Source of the DNA: Felis catus
Lineage: Eukaryota
Assembly: GCF_018350175.1 (NCBI RefSeq)
Contig: NC_058373.1
Location: 117,306,001 to 117,370,000 of the forward strand
DNA length: 64,000 bases
Direction of reading: 5' to 3'
Part shown: piece by piece, positions 38,304 to 49,570 of the stretch
Position numbering within the stretch: the stretch's first letter is position 1
Layout: every line of letters begins with the position of its first letter
Program-made: the position numbers and the translations under genes
The notes under the pieces: model-generated
Databases searched by the model: none
What the model was told of the DNA's origin: nothing
What the model saw: only the letters and a program-made list of their open reading frames with translations

Positions 38304-39599
38304 TATTGTTTTCAGTTTGTTTTTCAGAGTATAAGAATGAAGATTGTAGTATGGCCCAACTCTGGCTTGTGTAATTACTCTTTAGAAAGCAATCTAAAGA
38401 AGTATATTAACCAAGTAAATGTAGTTATTAGTCATTCAGTTACCTGTATAATGCTAGTTAAGAATTATTGAAAAAAGAATTATTGCAATTGGTTATTGCT
38501 GTATTTATTCAGTAAATACTTAAAGAGCATCCCTCTATGGACCAAATTCTATGGAATACAAAGATACCTAGGACCCAGTGGCTCTCTTGTCTACAAGGAG
38601 CTGATAATCAAGCTGAGTTGTCCTTGAATTGCTTTTTTCCATTTGCAGTGGGAATTTTGCGGATGGGAAATTCATCTAGAAAAGTGTTGAAGAATGTGGT
38701 TGACCTGCATGCGGGTTAAAGATTTACATGTTAGTGAGAGCCATAGGCAGACCAAGCACATTGTTCATAGGCCAAAAGAAGCAAGTTATTCAGAAAAGAA
38801 TGGGAAATAGTAAATTGTGTGTAGTGCCATTTTGCTCGATGTCAGAAAGGTGAATTTCTAGAGTATTCTAGATCAGGTTGCTGTTCTCACATGGTTTGCC
38901 CCACATACCTTTATTTTATCCTCAAATTTGCCCTAAGTTTAATACCTCTTTGTGCCTAATCAGGGAAGAACACATAATACCATCTTATGTGTACTTTGAG
39001 GTGGAAAATCTTGGAGGGAAATAATTTTTACGTGACTTGAAAGAAAGAAGAATATGAGTTTTGAGTCCTTGCCAGTTCAAGTATTTGCCCTAAGAATAGA
39101 TTCAATGTTATTTAAACTCTGCCTCCATGAGAATGATCTTGGGGCGGGCGGGGGAGACTTGCAAGTCATTGGAACCTCTAATCTAGAATATGAGACTAAC
39201 ATTAGCAGAATATCCCTTTAGGATCGATCTACTTGTCTTCTGCTTTTTCCTTTCTCATGCTGTCTTGAATCCCCAAGTACCCCATCTTAGAACTCTCCTA
39301 AAGCTATTGACTCTCCTTTTCTACTGTCCTTTGCCTGCCAGTTTGTTTTATCATTTTTCACCATCTTATAAAGGGATAGCTTCCAAAAAGTGTTCTTTAA
39401 GTGATTAAGGGTAAAGATGAATAAACCTTTATCTGTATGTATTCATGTCACCAATCAATATATTTAATAACAAAATACCAATTGAAAAATGACTAATGTC
39501 ACATTTTTCATCCTTGGTCAAAATCAGAGCCCTCTCTTTTATTTTTTGCTTTTGAATTTGAAGGAGCCTAAATTCCTAAGAAAATGCCTAACATATCCA

Positions 39600-40200
39600 A
39601 GAAATTGAGATAGATCTATGTGAGCAGAAGAGGCCACTGACACTAATCTTGGCCACAGCCTGGAGTTATTTAGAGATAATATCAACAGACCAATCTTGCA
39701 GGTTTTCAAGGGCTGGAAAGATAAAGGAAACCCTGGATATTGAGGTGTCACAGAAGCCAAGGGTAGTGCTTCAAGGAGGAAGAAGTGGTCAAAAGTGTCA
39801 AGTGCTACTAAAATATCAGGAATAAAGAAGACTGAAAAGTATAGTCTGGATTTAGAGAAAGTTATTAGTGACCTTTATAAGCATTGTTTTAGAGGAGTTC
39901 TGGGGCTTGAAGTCAAATTGGCAGGTGGGAGAGGTGAGTGGAAGAAAAGGAAATTGAGATGTAGATAGACACGTCCTTCAGATTGGCTGTGAAAGGAGCG
40001 ATCAGCCAGGACGTAGAGGAATATGGGGTTGTGAGGACTAGAAAATATTTATTTTGGAGGGGAGATATTTGAACAGGTTTAAGGTTTAAAAGCTGGTGGG
40101 AAGAATTCAGCCAGAAGGGAAAAGTTGGATAGCCAAGAGGGATGGTACAATACAATAGATGATATGAAGTTCCTAAGATCCACAGTGAGCCCAAACCCAA
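39600..40200 (-). mobile_element. L2 fragment
   Basis: gtgtcacagaagccaagg...tcaaggaggaagaagtggtcaaaagtgtcaagtgct...ggatttag...ttattagtgacctt. Confidence 0.7.
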
Positions 40201-42090
40201 GAATCATCTTAGAAAAGACCTGATATTCCAGGTTCACCTGGAAAAGACTCTATTTTAAGATGGCCCCTGGATTTAGAAAACCCAAAGTTTCACCAAATTA
40301 GCCTGAAGTTTGAAAGTTAGAGAGCAGTGAGTTGCCATTTGCACCTTCTTTGAGTCAAAGGAATTCAGTTATCTTAGGCATTTCATCAAGCCTTTGAAAG
40401 TAAGGAAAGAAGCAGGTGGTGAGGACATACAATATTAAAATAAAAACTAGACCTGGCCACTGAGTTCATTACAGGTGAATCTAGCTTCGCCATAAATTGA
40501 GAGGTGGGTAGTCAGGCAGCTAGGTTTTACCTCAAGCTGGACTTACACATAGTGAAAGCTCTCACCAAAGAAACTAATGGAGAACCAACACATTAGGTGG
40601 GAAGAATACCTAGGGCCATAGATCTTAGCATGCCTGGGGAAGGCCAGAATTTAAAAACTAAAACTCAAATAGCTGTGACCAATGGACAGCACCCTCCTGA
40701 CACTTTAATCGCACACCACTCCTTTTACATCCATCCTGAGGGCTCTCCACCAAGACTTCTAAGGCATGAACCGCTGGTCAATGCTTCAGGGAGACAACAA
40801 TGCTAATTATACTGAGTACCCGTGATTAGCTGTCTAGTCTCATATTCCTATCGATAACCTAATCAAAGACCCAGTTCAGCCAAGCTGACCTTACCGAATG
40901 CCTGAGTTGGCTGCCAACAGTTTCATCAGAGAGGAGGGGAATGGGGAAACTGGAGGCGGATTGTGTTGTGATTTATGTGGAACCATGAAGGTAGTGTTTG
41001 TGTCAGTGGGAGCTGTGAATCGATGCTGTGGGTAGCTGGATACGGTGGAGATTTTTTTCAAAAATTGGCAGGCATGCTACATTTGGAAATTCTCCAGTGA
41101 AACATCAGAGATTTAATAAATTATTACAGTTTTGTGTTCTTGCTCTCTGTGACATCTCTCCTCTTAATGCTCTATCAATGTTTGTTTCTCAGTACGTGTT
41201 TGTCACTGTTCTTAATTTTGGAAAATCAGGAAAAACTCCAAATTAGCACGTAGCATCTGGGAGTGATTCTCTAGTACTTTTATTGGACATAAGCCCACAA
41301 TATAACCCCTTTTGTAGGACTGTGCAAAGGTACTTGACCACGTATTCTTTTTGAAAGCTTCTCCTATCAGGTTTAAGACCTCACGGTATCCCATTACCTG
41401 GGTAAAGGAGTAAAGCAGATAGGAAGGAGTAGACAGAAGGCCAGAGCTAGTGAGACCAGCATTCCCCTGGATTATTTTATAGTTTCTTGTGTTAACACTA
41501 AAGGCTTCCTTTAGGCTTGTTAGGCCTGTTGTTAAGTAGGTTTCTTCTTGGGGGAAAAATAGTCTTGCCAGCATTTTGGGTTGTTTCCCAATTCTTACCA
41601 CCACATCTGTATATCCTCCCTTAGAAGCTATGAAATAGGCGGGGTGGCTACTCAAGACTTTCTGTGCATGCCTCTTTGATGTTACTCCCACGAGCTTCTG
41701 GAATGGGTCAAGAGAGATGCCCTAAAAAGCCACACTATACATGAGGTTAAGTCACATACTCTTCTCTTGCCCATCTCAGATTGCACTCAGTCTATTATGT
41801 TGTCCACCCAAGCTGGCCCCAGGGTCCTACGAAACACCCTGGAAAACAGCACTATCCAAAAGGGAAAGTAAGCTCTTCTTCCCCAAGACCTTTGTATCAT
41901 CATCAAATTTCACTCACAACATCTTGAGTAACAGTGTGTGAGGGCAGACTCTGAGGTTGGCATCAAAACCATAAATACATTAGCAGCTGCCGTTGTCTTG
42001 AGTATAGATGGCAAATGGTTCCAGGTAGATGGGGCTTTATTCATAAATATCAGCAGTTTGGGGGTTAAGTGGAATTTTTCCTTTCACTGT

Positions 42091-42645
42091 TGACAGGGTT
42101 GAACTTCACCTGAGCCCTGTGATTCTGGAAAACAGTGATGACTAAGAAATGTCCCCATCCTTTTGTGTACTGGGAAATAGCTTACTGCAGAGTCATCTCC
42201 CCCATGTGACTCATAAATGATTTGTGAATGTGCCCCAGCTGGTCAACCTGGACGAAATGCCTGCTAATTTGACTTGACCAAACTTCAGTTAAGCCCAGAG
42301 GCCTCTACTCACCCCTGAGGTTTAGCAAGCATTGGAACAAGGAATAATCCCTCCTTAATGGCGCTTCCTGAGAATCTGCTGGCTGCAGAGAAAATCTTTC
42401 CTGCTCAACTGTCAGATCATGCCACCTGCTTACCCACCCCCCCTCCCCGCACTCGCTCCTCCTAGCCTTGTTTATTCCTCCCTATCAAAAAGGAAGCCCT
42501 TTCTGCCTGACTTTTGATTAAGCAGAGGCTTAGAGATCTTATGGCCAGAGCATTGTCCCTGTTGCACTAGCTCCCCCTCTCTTCTGAAATCCTCTTTTTA
42601 AGTAAAGTCTCTCCTTATCTAAGTCTGGATTTGTTTAATTTGACA
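42091..42645 (+). mobile_element. ERV1-class solo LTR (MER67-like)
   Basis: TG...CA termini; agggttgaacttcacctgagccctgtgattctggaaaacagtgatg start; TATA-like cctatcaaaa; agtaaa poly(A) signal; near-TSD ctgt/ctat. Confidence 0.75.
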
Positions 42646-43369
42646 CTATTTTATTATTTAGCACTGAACATATTGAACATGACTTTTTCTTGGTGATCTG
42701 TCTTCCTGCTTAAGACTGTAAGCCATGGTGTTGTGCTCAAGAGGTGGTTGTTGATGGTAAAGCTAATTCTGGGTGGGGTATTGGCTCATCTGGCATCAGT
42801 GCTGGAGCCATCTTGTTTTGGAGGGTAGAGCGGCAACTTTTCTTTCACGTATTTTTGAGTTCACATTGAGCTCCTCTGGGTAGGGTACCGTGGAGACCTT
42901 TTGCTTGGCTGGAAACAAAACAAAACACTGTTAAAATAATCATTGAGTTCACATGTACCTACGCACAGATATATCTATATCTATATACCTTGTGGTTAAT
43001 TTCTAAATATGGGTTCATATTTTATATATATTCACATAAGTAAATAAATATATGTGTATATGTGTGTTTATATATGTCTCAAACTATTATATTTAGAAAT
43101 CAGCCATAAGAATCAGACGTGCGCTAACTTTCTGAAAGGCTGAGCTATAATCCAGGCGTCTGGCTGCCATCTTATTTTTACCCCTGACACATGCAAATGT
43201 TAGCAGGAAAAAAAAAATTAAGGAGCAATTGATTGCATAATCATTTAATTATGCCTAGAATGTCCAGAAGAACATGTAGGTACGGTCCTTTTTCAGAAAG
43301 CAGGTAAGGAAAGAAACAGGTAAAGGTAGAAGGAAACCATGCTGCCATGAGGCGTTAAGAGCAATGTGA

Positions 43370-43515
43370 TAGCAAAATTATTCCCATTTTACAGATAGAA
43401 AAAATGAGATTTGAGAAATTGTGATTTGCGTAGAATATCACCTGACTTGTAAGATATGGAGCCACAACTGGACTGAGTTATTCTACCTTCTAGTCGAGGG
43501 CTGTCACCAGTACAC
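43370..43515 (-). mobile_element. MIR
   Basis: attattcccattttacagatagaaaaaatgagatttgagaaattgtgatttgc. Confidence 0.7.
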
Positions 43516-45324
43516 CATGAAACCCTTTCTGTAGTGAAAGTAACAAAGACCAGAGGAGAGTTCCAATTCTGCTCTTTGTTGTTCATTTCACTGTCAGACT
43601 CTCTGCAACTTGTCGCCTCCATTGCTTTCAGCACCAGAGGCCACTAATCTCTTCTTCCTTTTCTAGCCAGCCTTCTTCTTCAAGCATGTATCAAAGCATT
43701 CCCAACATCCAGCCAATCAGAGGCATGATCTCTATTCTGTCCCTTGCCTCTTTGGGGCTGTGTCTATTTCTGAGTACCAGGAGGCTACTGCTTTCCTGAC
43801 AGAGCCGGGGATAGAAAGAGAGGGAATACTTGTGTCCCTCTCTCAACTTCCCAGTTCTTCTGGAGTTCTTCCTTAGCTTCTGGAGGACACAAAGTACCTT
43901 AGATACTGAAAGAGTATTGTATTCCACTCAATATCCATTCTGTCATCGAAAGATTTCGCGATAAACAGTGCGCCTAAGCGTACATTTTACCTTATGCAGT
44001 GCAGCCAAATTCTGCTTTGAGAACTCCATGGACTAAAAATGTAGTTTATTCCACCGAGGTGGCGTTTTGATTTCAGAGAGACTGAGTGACAAGCTCAGAG
44101 ACTCCCTCGGTAAGGCACGTGCCTCACCCAGAGCAACGTACAGGCAGCCTTTGGTCTAACCAGCCTTGCTGGATGCTGTCCAGTATTTTAGCTGTCAGAT
44201 CGTGCTCTCTCTAAATGCAAAGATGTCATGTATATTATGAAGAAACCACAGATGTATTCAAAGCATGCAGCCTTTGCCATTTATCCTAACTCCTCCTAAT
44301 CACTACTGCCGACACAACAAAACAAATGTAAGGCATAGCCCCACCACAAGGAGTTATCAATCTTGTCATTGAGGGGAGAGCAGAATTCTAACATATAGGG
44401 TAAATTTCCTTCCAGGCTCTTTAAATGTGAAATGTAATAAGATATTTAAAGATCATTTCACTAACACATAAAGGAAAATATGAACACGTGCACATTAAAG
44501 TGCAGGTCTCACAATTTTGTGCTAAGGAGACAGTAACTAAAGTAAGTTCCATGTGACGCTTGCTGACTAGGAACAGTTGCATTGAAATAGTGAACTTGTA
44601 AAAATAATATGGAAGAGCTAATCAGGCGTAATCCCCCCTCTCCCCTCCCCTCTCCCCCCTCCCCCCCCCCCCCCGGTTGTTGCTTATCTGTTGCTTTTTC
44701 TCTTTACTTCCCTCTTTCTGTGCCTTTCTGTGCCTTTCACGAAACACATGATTTTTACATTGGGCAACAAGGTCACAATTCTCTCTGATAATCACATAAA
44801 CTGAGAATGTATTTGTTTTTGGAGGGAAGAATCATTTCCTTTACCGATGTGGAAAAGAGAGAAAGCACTTTGACTTTGTGGTAAAGATAGCCAAGTCCTT
44901 CCTTCAGCAATGGAAATAGGCACACGGGGGATGGGCGTCTCACCGTTTAGCAATGGTGGCTTCTCCTGATAGAGATGGATCTCATGGAAAAAAAAAAAAA
45001 ACCAAACCCAAAATTGTTGGTTCAAGAGCCGGCAGCATACCCCTCCCCTAACATCTTGAAGGTAAAGAAAATCAAGGTGCTCCCTGAGGTAAACCCACAC
45101 ACAACAGATGCCATTAGCCATCTGTGGTGGGAAAGAAACAGAGCTTCCGGCAACGCGTGGTTGAAAAGTTTGAGAACATCCAAAGCTCCCATCGCGGTGA
45201 TATGGGAACTACCTCATGGAAGTAGAACTGGGTAATGGCTGCATTTAGTTGTAACAACCTCATCGGTGGTGTTCCCTTGGGAAGGCTGTCTGGATTCAAA
45301 GGGCATTGTCAGGCCAGCGCTGGG

Positions 45325-45475
45325 TTTCTCAGTGTGGTAAGAAGACCACCAGCCCGCCTAAGAATCTCCTGAGGTGCTTCTGAAAATGCAGATTCTGGGG
45401 CTTCATGGCACAAACACTGGGAATTTGGCGTGGGGTCAAAGAATCTGTACTTTGTTTATTCGTATCCCCATGAAT
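45325..45475. mobile_element. MER5-like hAT MITE
   Basis: gaatctcctgaggtgcttctgaaaatgcagattctgggg...gaatctgtact. Confidence 0.6.
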
Positions 45476-45992
45476 GTTCTTTTTTTGTATTTTCTCCTCA
45501 ATTTAAAAAAGAATAAAAATGTGTTCATTGTAACTGAGAATGCAACTGTGATTGAAAGAAAAGTAAATCGTACCCAACTCCTCTGTTTCTTGTCCCCTGA
45601 GGTAACAGTATTCGCTGAGTGAGCATCGTCCCTTACCCACTCTGTGCTACCCATTGAAACATGTACACAGTCATTGGACGGTTTTGATTTTTGCTTCTGT
45701 TGTCTCTTTTTATAAACTGGGTCATATTACACACACTGTTTTGAAATTTGTATTTGTCAAGTCATCATAGAAAGCTCTCCAGGTTTAAAAAAAGTATGCA
45801 TATATATGTTTGTATGTATATGCACACATACATATACACGTATGTACATGCAGACACAAATATATATGTCAGTTTGCTTGGAAATGAAGTTTAATGGATG
45901 ATAAACTCCATCAAAGGCCAAATATTGCCACAATAGTTAACCAGTAACATAAGGGAAAGTTGAAAAAAAAACTTTGAATTTCTTCAAAGTTT

Positions 45993-46039
45993 ATGTGTGT
46001 ATATATGTGTATTTATATATATATATATATATACACACA

Positions 46040-46079
<40 letters not shown>
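45993..46079. repeat. (TA)n/(TG)n compound microsatellite
   Basis: Long TA runs with TG/CA interruptions. Confidence 0.9.
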
Positions 46080-46082
<3 letters not shown>

Positions 46083-46150
46083 TCTTTATTATATAGTACA
46101 TTCATTAATTCCTTAAACTTGTATAATTTCCCATGGCACAGATCTGTTCA

Positions 46151-46369
46151 ATTTTTTTTAATTTTTTTAATGTTTATTTATTTGAGAGAGAGAATGTGTG
46201 AGAGTGAGTGGGGGACGGGCATAGAGAGAGGGAGACACAGAATCTGAAGCAGGTTCCAGGCTCTACGCTGTCAGCACAGAGCCCCACACAGGGTTCAAAC
46301 TGAGAAATCGTGAGATCATGACCTGAGCCAAAGTCAGACGCTTAACCGACTGAGCCACCCAGGTGCCCC
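46151..46369 (-). mobile_element. Can-SINE (SINEC_Fc-type) inserted in an old L1M
   Basis: Full antisense copy; TSD gat(c/a)tgttca. Confidence 0.95.
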
Positions 46370-46629
46370 TGGATATGTTCAGATAGTCAAGCATTTCCCC
46401 ATCAATGAATATTCAGATAACTTCCTAATGTTGTTACATGTTTTATTGCCATTATAAACATTGCTTTTATTGGGGGGGAATAGAGTTGCAGAAATGGTAC
46501 TTCTGGGTCAAAAGCTGTATTCATTGTTAGTATTATAATACTAATACACTAATATATTATAATATTAATATGTAGTAATATAACATAGTATTATAATATT
46601 ACTTTCTTAAAAGCTTGAAGCAAATTACG

Positions 46630-47121
46630 GCTGATTTGGATTCCACTTAGTTTTGTCCTAGAAAGTCATTGTGAACACTACAGTAGTGAATACTAAATCA
46701 TTAGAGGACATACAAGGTTAGGTTCCTATGAGCTTCCGGTCCAACATTTTCATCAACCAGTCACCACATAACCTTATGCTATGTATGTCTCTGATAAAGA
46801 CAGCATATTTACTATGTGTTATTGATTCATTTATATTGAACTCACAACCAACGGCACTATAATTCAAGCCTGGACAAAGTTTGTCCAACAAACATTTTTT
46901 CTCTGAAAACATACCACATCCTTCTTGTGCTTAGGAACACTGGACAGCACTTCAGCACTATGCTTGGGGGCCATTTAAAACAACAAAATCACCAAAAAAT
47001 AAATGCAGAAAATGTGCACTAAATAGATGGCAAAGAGGACATTGCTTTTGAGGTTACAAATAAATCTCAAGGAGTAGGTGAATTTGTAAATACAAAATCC
47101 ACAAATAATGAGGATTGACTG
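46630..47121 (-). mobile_element. MER82 (TcMar-Tigger) with internal deletion
   Basis: Reverse complement of the 20468-20917 element; ends gagtaggtgaatttgtaaatacaaaatccacaaataatgaggattgactg|ta. Confidence 0.8.
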
Positions 47122-48059
47122 TATTCCCACCAGGAATGTTTGTCATGCTCATTATCTGTCATCTTCAGGGAATGTTCTCATTTTTTAAATATTTGTGAAA
47201 TTTTTATGGAAATTATTTTCTTGTTCTTAACTACTGGTGAGGTTGAGAGTATTTTCTTGCATTTATTGTACACGTGAGTGCAATCTCTGACCACTTACCT
47301 GTTCGTGTACTTTGCCTCTTATACTACTAAGTGGCTTATTTATTTTATTTTAATCAATTTGTAGAAATGTTGCGTCTTAGGGATATCAGCCCTTGGTCAT
47401 ATGTTATGCAGATGTTTTTCCACTCTATTGCTTATCTTATTTTTAGTTTGAATATCTTTGTCATATTCTTTCATAGCCAAGTACGTCTCTGCCCTTTGTG
47501 ATTTAAGGACTTTTATCTTCTTATATTTCCAAGATTATCTAGACTTCAGATTTTCATTCTATATTTTTAGGATATAAGTTATAGTTAAATCTTGAATTAG
47601 CATGGCATCATTGAGATCAGCCAGTCCGCAAAACAGAAACCCGATAAGCTACAAGTTAGAAGTACCCATTCAAGCACTATGCAGGAAAAAGAACCACACT
47701 AGCTCAAAGACACAATCTTTATGTCTACACGGTAAGTGTGTCCCTTACATCAATTAAGACCTCATGTTAGCCAAATTAAAATGGCATAGCTAATAACAAA
47801 TCCACTCACTCACCTCCCTGGAAACCCAAGGTGGAATGGGTTCTTAGGTTGCTTTGATCTAGTAGCTCAATGGTATTTCGAAGACCCAGTTTCTTTCTGT
47901 TTGCGTTCGGCCTTCTTCAATATCAGCTTTAACCTAATGTTGGTTTTCTTCATGTTCATAAGGTATTTACCAACAGCAATAATGAGGGCTCTATATTCTT
48001 TTTCGGTACTCATGACGGCTAGGGTAGACATACTTCCACATTGGTATGGTTCTTCTGTG

Positions 48060-48940
48060 GTGCTTGGCAGAGCCTCTAGGATCTAGAACTAAGGGGTGTT
48101 AGTGTCACATACGAGGATTCATGTCAGTGTGTGATTTGGTTGAATGTTTTTTTCCTATGTGAGTTGTTTCTGGATCTGCACCACCCAAGCCTATTTCCAG
48201 GCCCTCGAGCAATTCTGTGAGCTGCCTACTATCTTGTATTAATGTCTTTCAACTTAGCCTGGTTAAAGTAGATTCTGTTTTTGCAACTGAGTAAAGTAAT
48301 TGGTGCCTGAAATGTTTTCATGTAGCACACCGGCAAGGAAATAGGAATCTGGAATTCGTTATTTAATGTAGTTGGGTCTGAGGGCATATGCAGTGAAATA
48401 TTTCTTGTACATTGGCTGTGGCTAATGGGAGTGCAGTGCCTTTTGAAGGCAAGACGGGTGGGCTCAAGTGGCTGCTCCCATATAATATTTCAGAGAAATG
48501 TGGTTCCACTGGCTTTGTGTAATTGCGCTAGAGAACTTACACAAATAGAAAGAGAACAGGCTCGAGGTTTTCAATTCTTGCTTTGTTGTGGGCTCAGAAG
48601 ACAAGTGAATTTTCTATACCTGGCCTAAAAGAATATCATCTCTTATAGACACAGGCATGTCAAATGTTCTGATCCTTTGCCTTGTTGAATTACAGCATAG
48701 GCTGAACTCACAGACTTTCTAGGTCTGTTAAGTGAGAATTAGGGCACTGAGAGGGAAAGATGGAACCCTGAGAAGTGAAATGGAGACATTTGGGAGGATT
48801 CATTGACTCAGAGATTACTCATACCTGAAGACCATATAAGAGGGTGCTGATTCCTCATAATCCACTCCTATGACCCCCCTCTTCATTGCTTCCACTTCTC
48901 TATGCGAAATCAGATCCCAGGATATCACACAAAGCTAATC
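48060..48940 (+). mobile_element. ERVL LTR 3' part followed by degenerate ERVL internal (gag) sequence
   Basis: LTR end gcaattctgtgagct...gattctgtttttgcaac, then taattggtgcc; 48732-48800 translates with one frameshift and one stop to VRIRALRGKxWNPEK*NGDIWED, resembling the ERVL gag motif. Confidence 0.65.
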
Positions 48941-49109
48941 AAAATGTCATATCTTGGAAGAAAAAATATTCCTTCTATTTTTATTCCTATTGTAATTTTT
49001 TACATGTCAAAAGAATTCACAAGATTTTCCAATTTATATTCACAAAGATCTGCATGGTGTTATTTATCCATTACACATTTTAATTTTCTTCCTAACTAAC
49101 ATGAACATC

Positions 49110-49570
49110 TGTTTTTGCAATGAATCAGCTAAAATACTACATTTTCCAAACTTCCTAGTATCTAGGGAATGCCATGTGACATAGCCAATGAGACACAAGT
49201 GTAAGTCTGCTGATTATTTCTTTAAAAGTTTTGCTTCCCAAAGTGCTGTTCTTTCTTCTTGCACCTTCTTCTATCCTACTGTCTAAAAATGGCAGTAATT
49301 TCTGAAATTGTAGAAGTCATCTTGTGCTCATGAGGGAAAATCCAGGACGTTTGTTAAAACCTCAGGTCTGACCTTTTTAAGACTCTGAACAGACGACAGT
49401 GACTACCTGCTGCTACTTTTCTTTTTATTGATGGAGGGGCAGAGAAGGGAGGGAGAAACCTAATTTATTTAAATAATTGTTTAGTTGAGTGCTCGCTTCG
49501 GCAGCCCATATACTAAATAATTGTTGAGTTGAATTTACTTTTATATGCAGCCACACACCATCATGAACAG
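49110..49570 (+). mobile_element. MaLR LTR (MLT1-type) hosting the U6 fragment
   Basis: cattttccaaacttcctag...gccatgtgacatagccaatgagacacaagtg...cttttatatgcagcc. Confidence 0.6.
49489..49514 (+). pseudogene. 3'-truncated U6 snRNA retrocopy (nt 1-26)
   Basis: gtgctcgcttcggcagcccatatact matches the U6 5' end GTGCTCGCTTCGGCAGCACATATACT at 25/26; TSD aaataattgtt(t/g)agttga at 49471-49488 and 49515-49532. Confidence 0.93.

Noticed and set aside
41047..41240. Weak terminal inverted similarity (ggagattttttt...ggaaaaactcc)
   Set aside because: The match is gapped and low complexity, so it cannot support a transposon call.
41212..41691. Longest ORF (159 aa, minus strand)
   Set aside because: Non-ATG start, no recognisable domain, and a length compatible with chance in 64 kb.
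44051..44064. Second CTCF-like motif ccaccgaggtggcg
   Set aside because: It needs several mismatches or a gap in the core.
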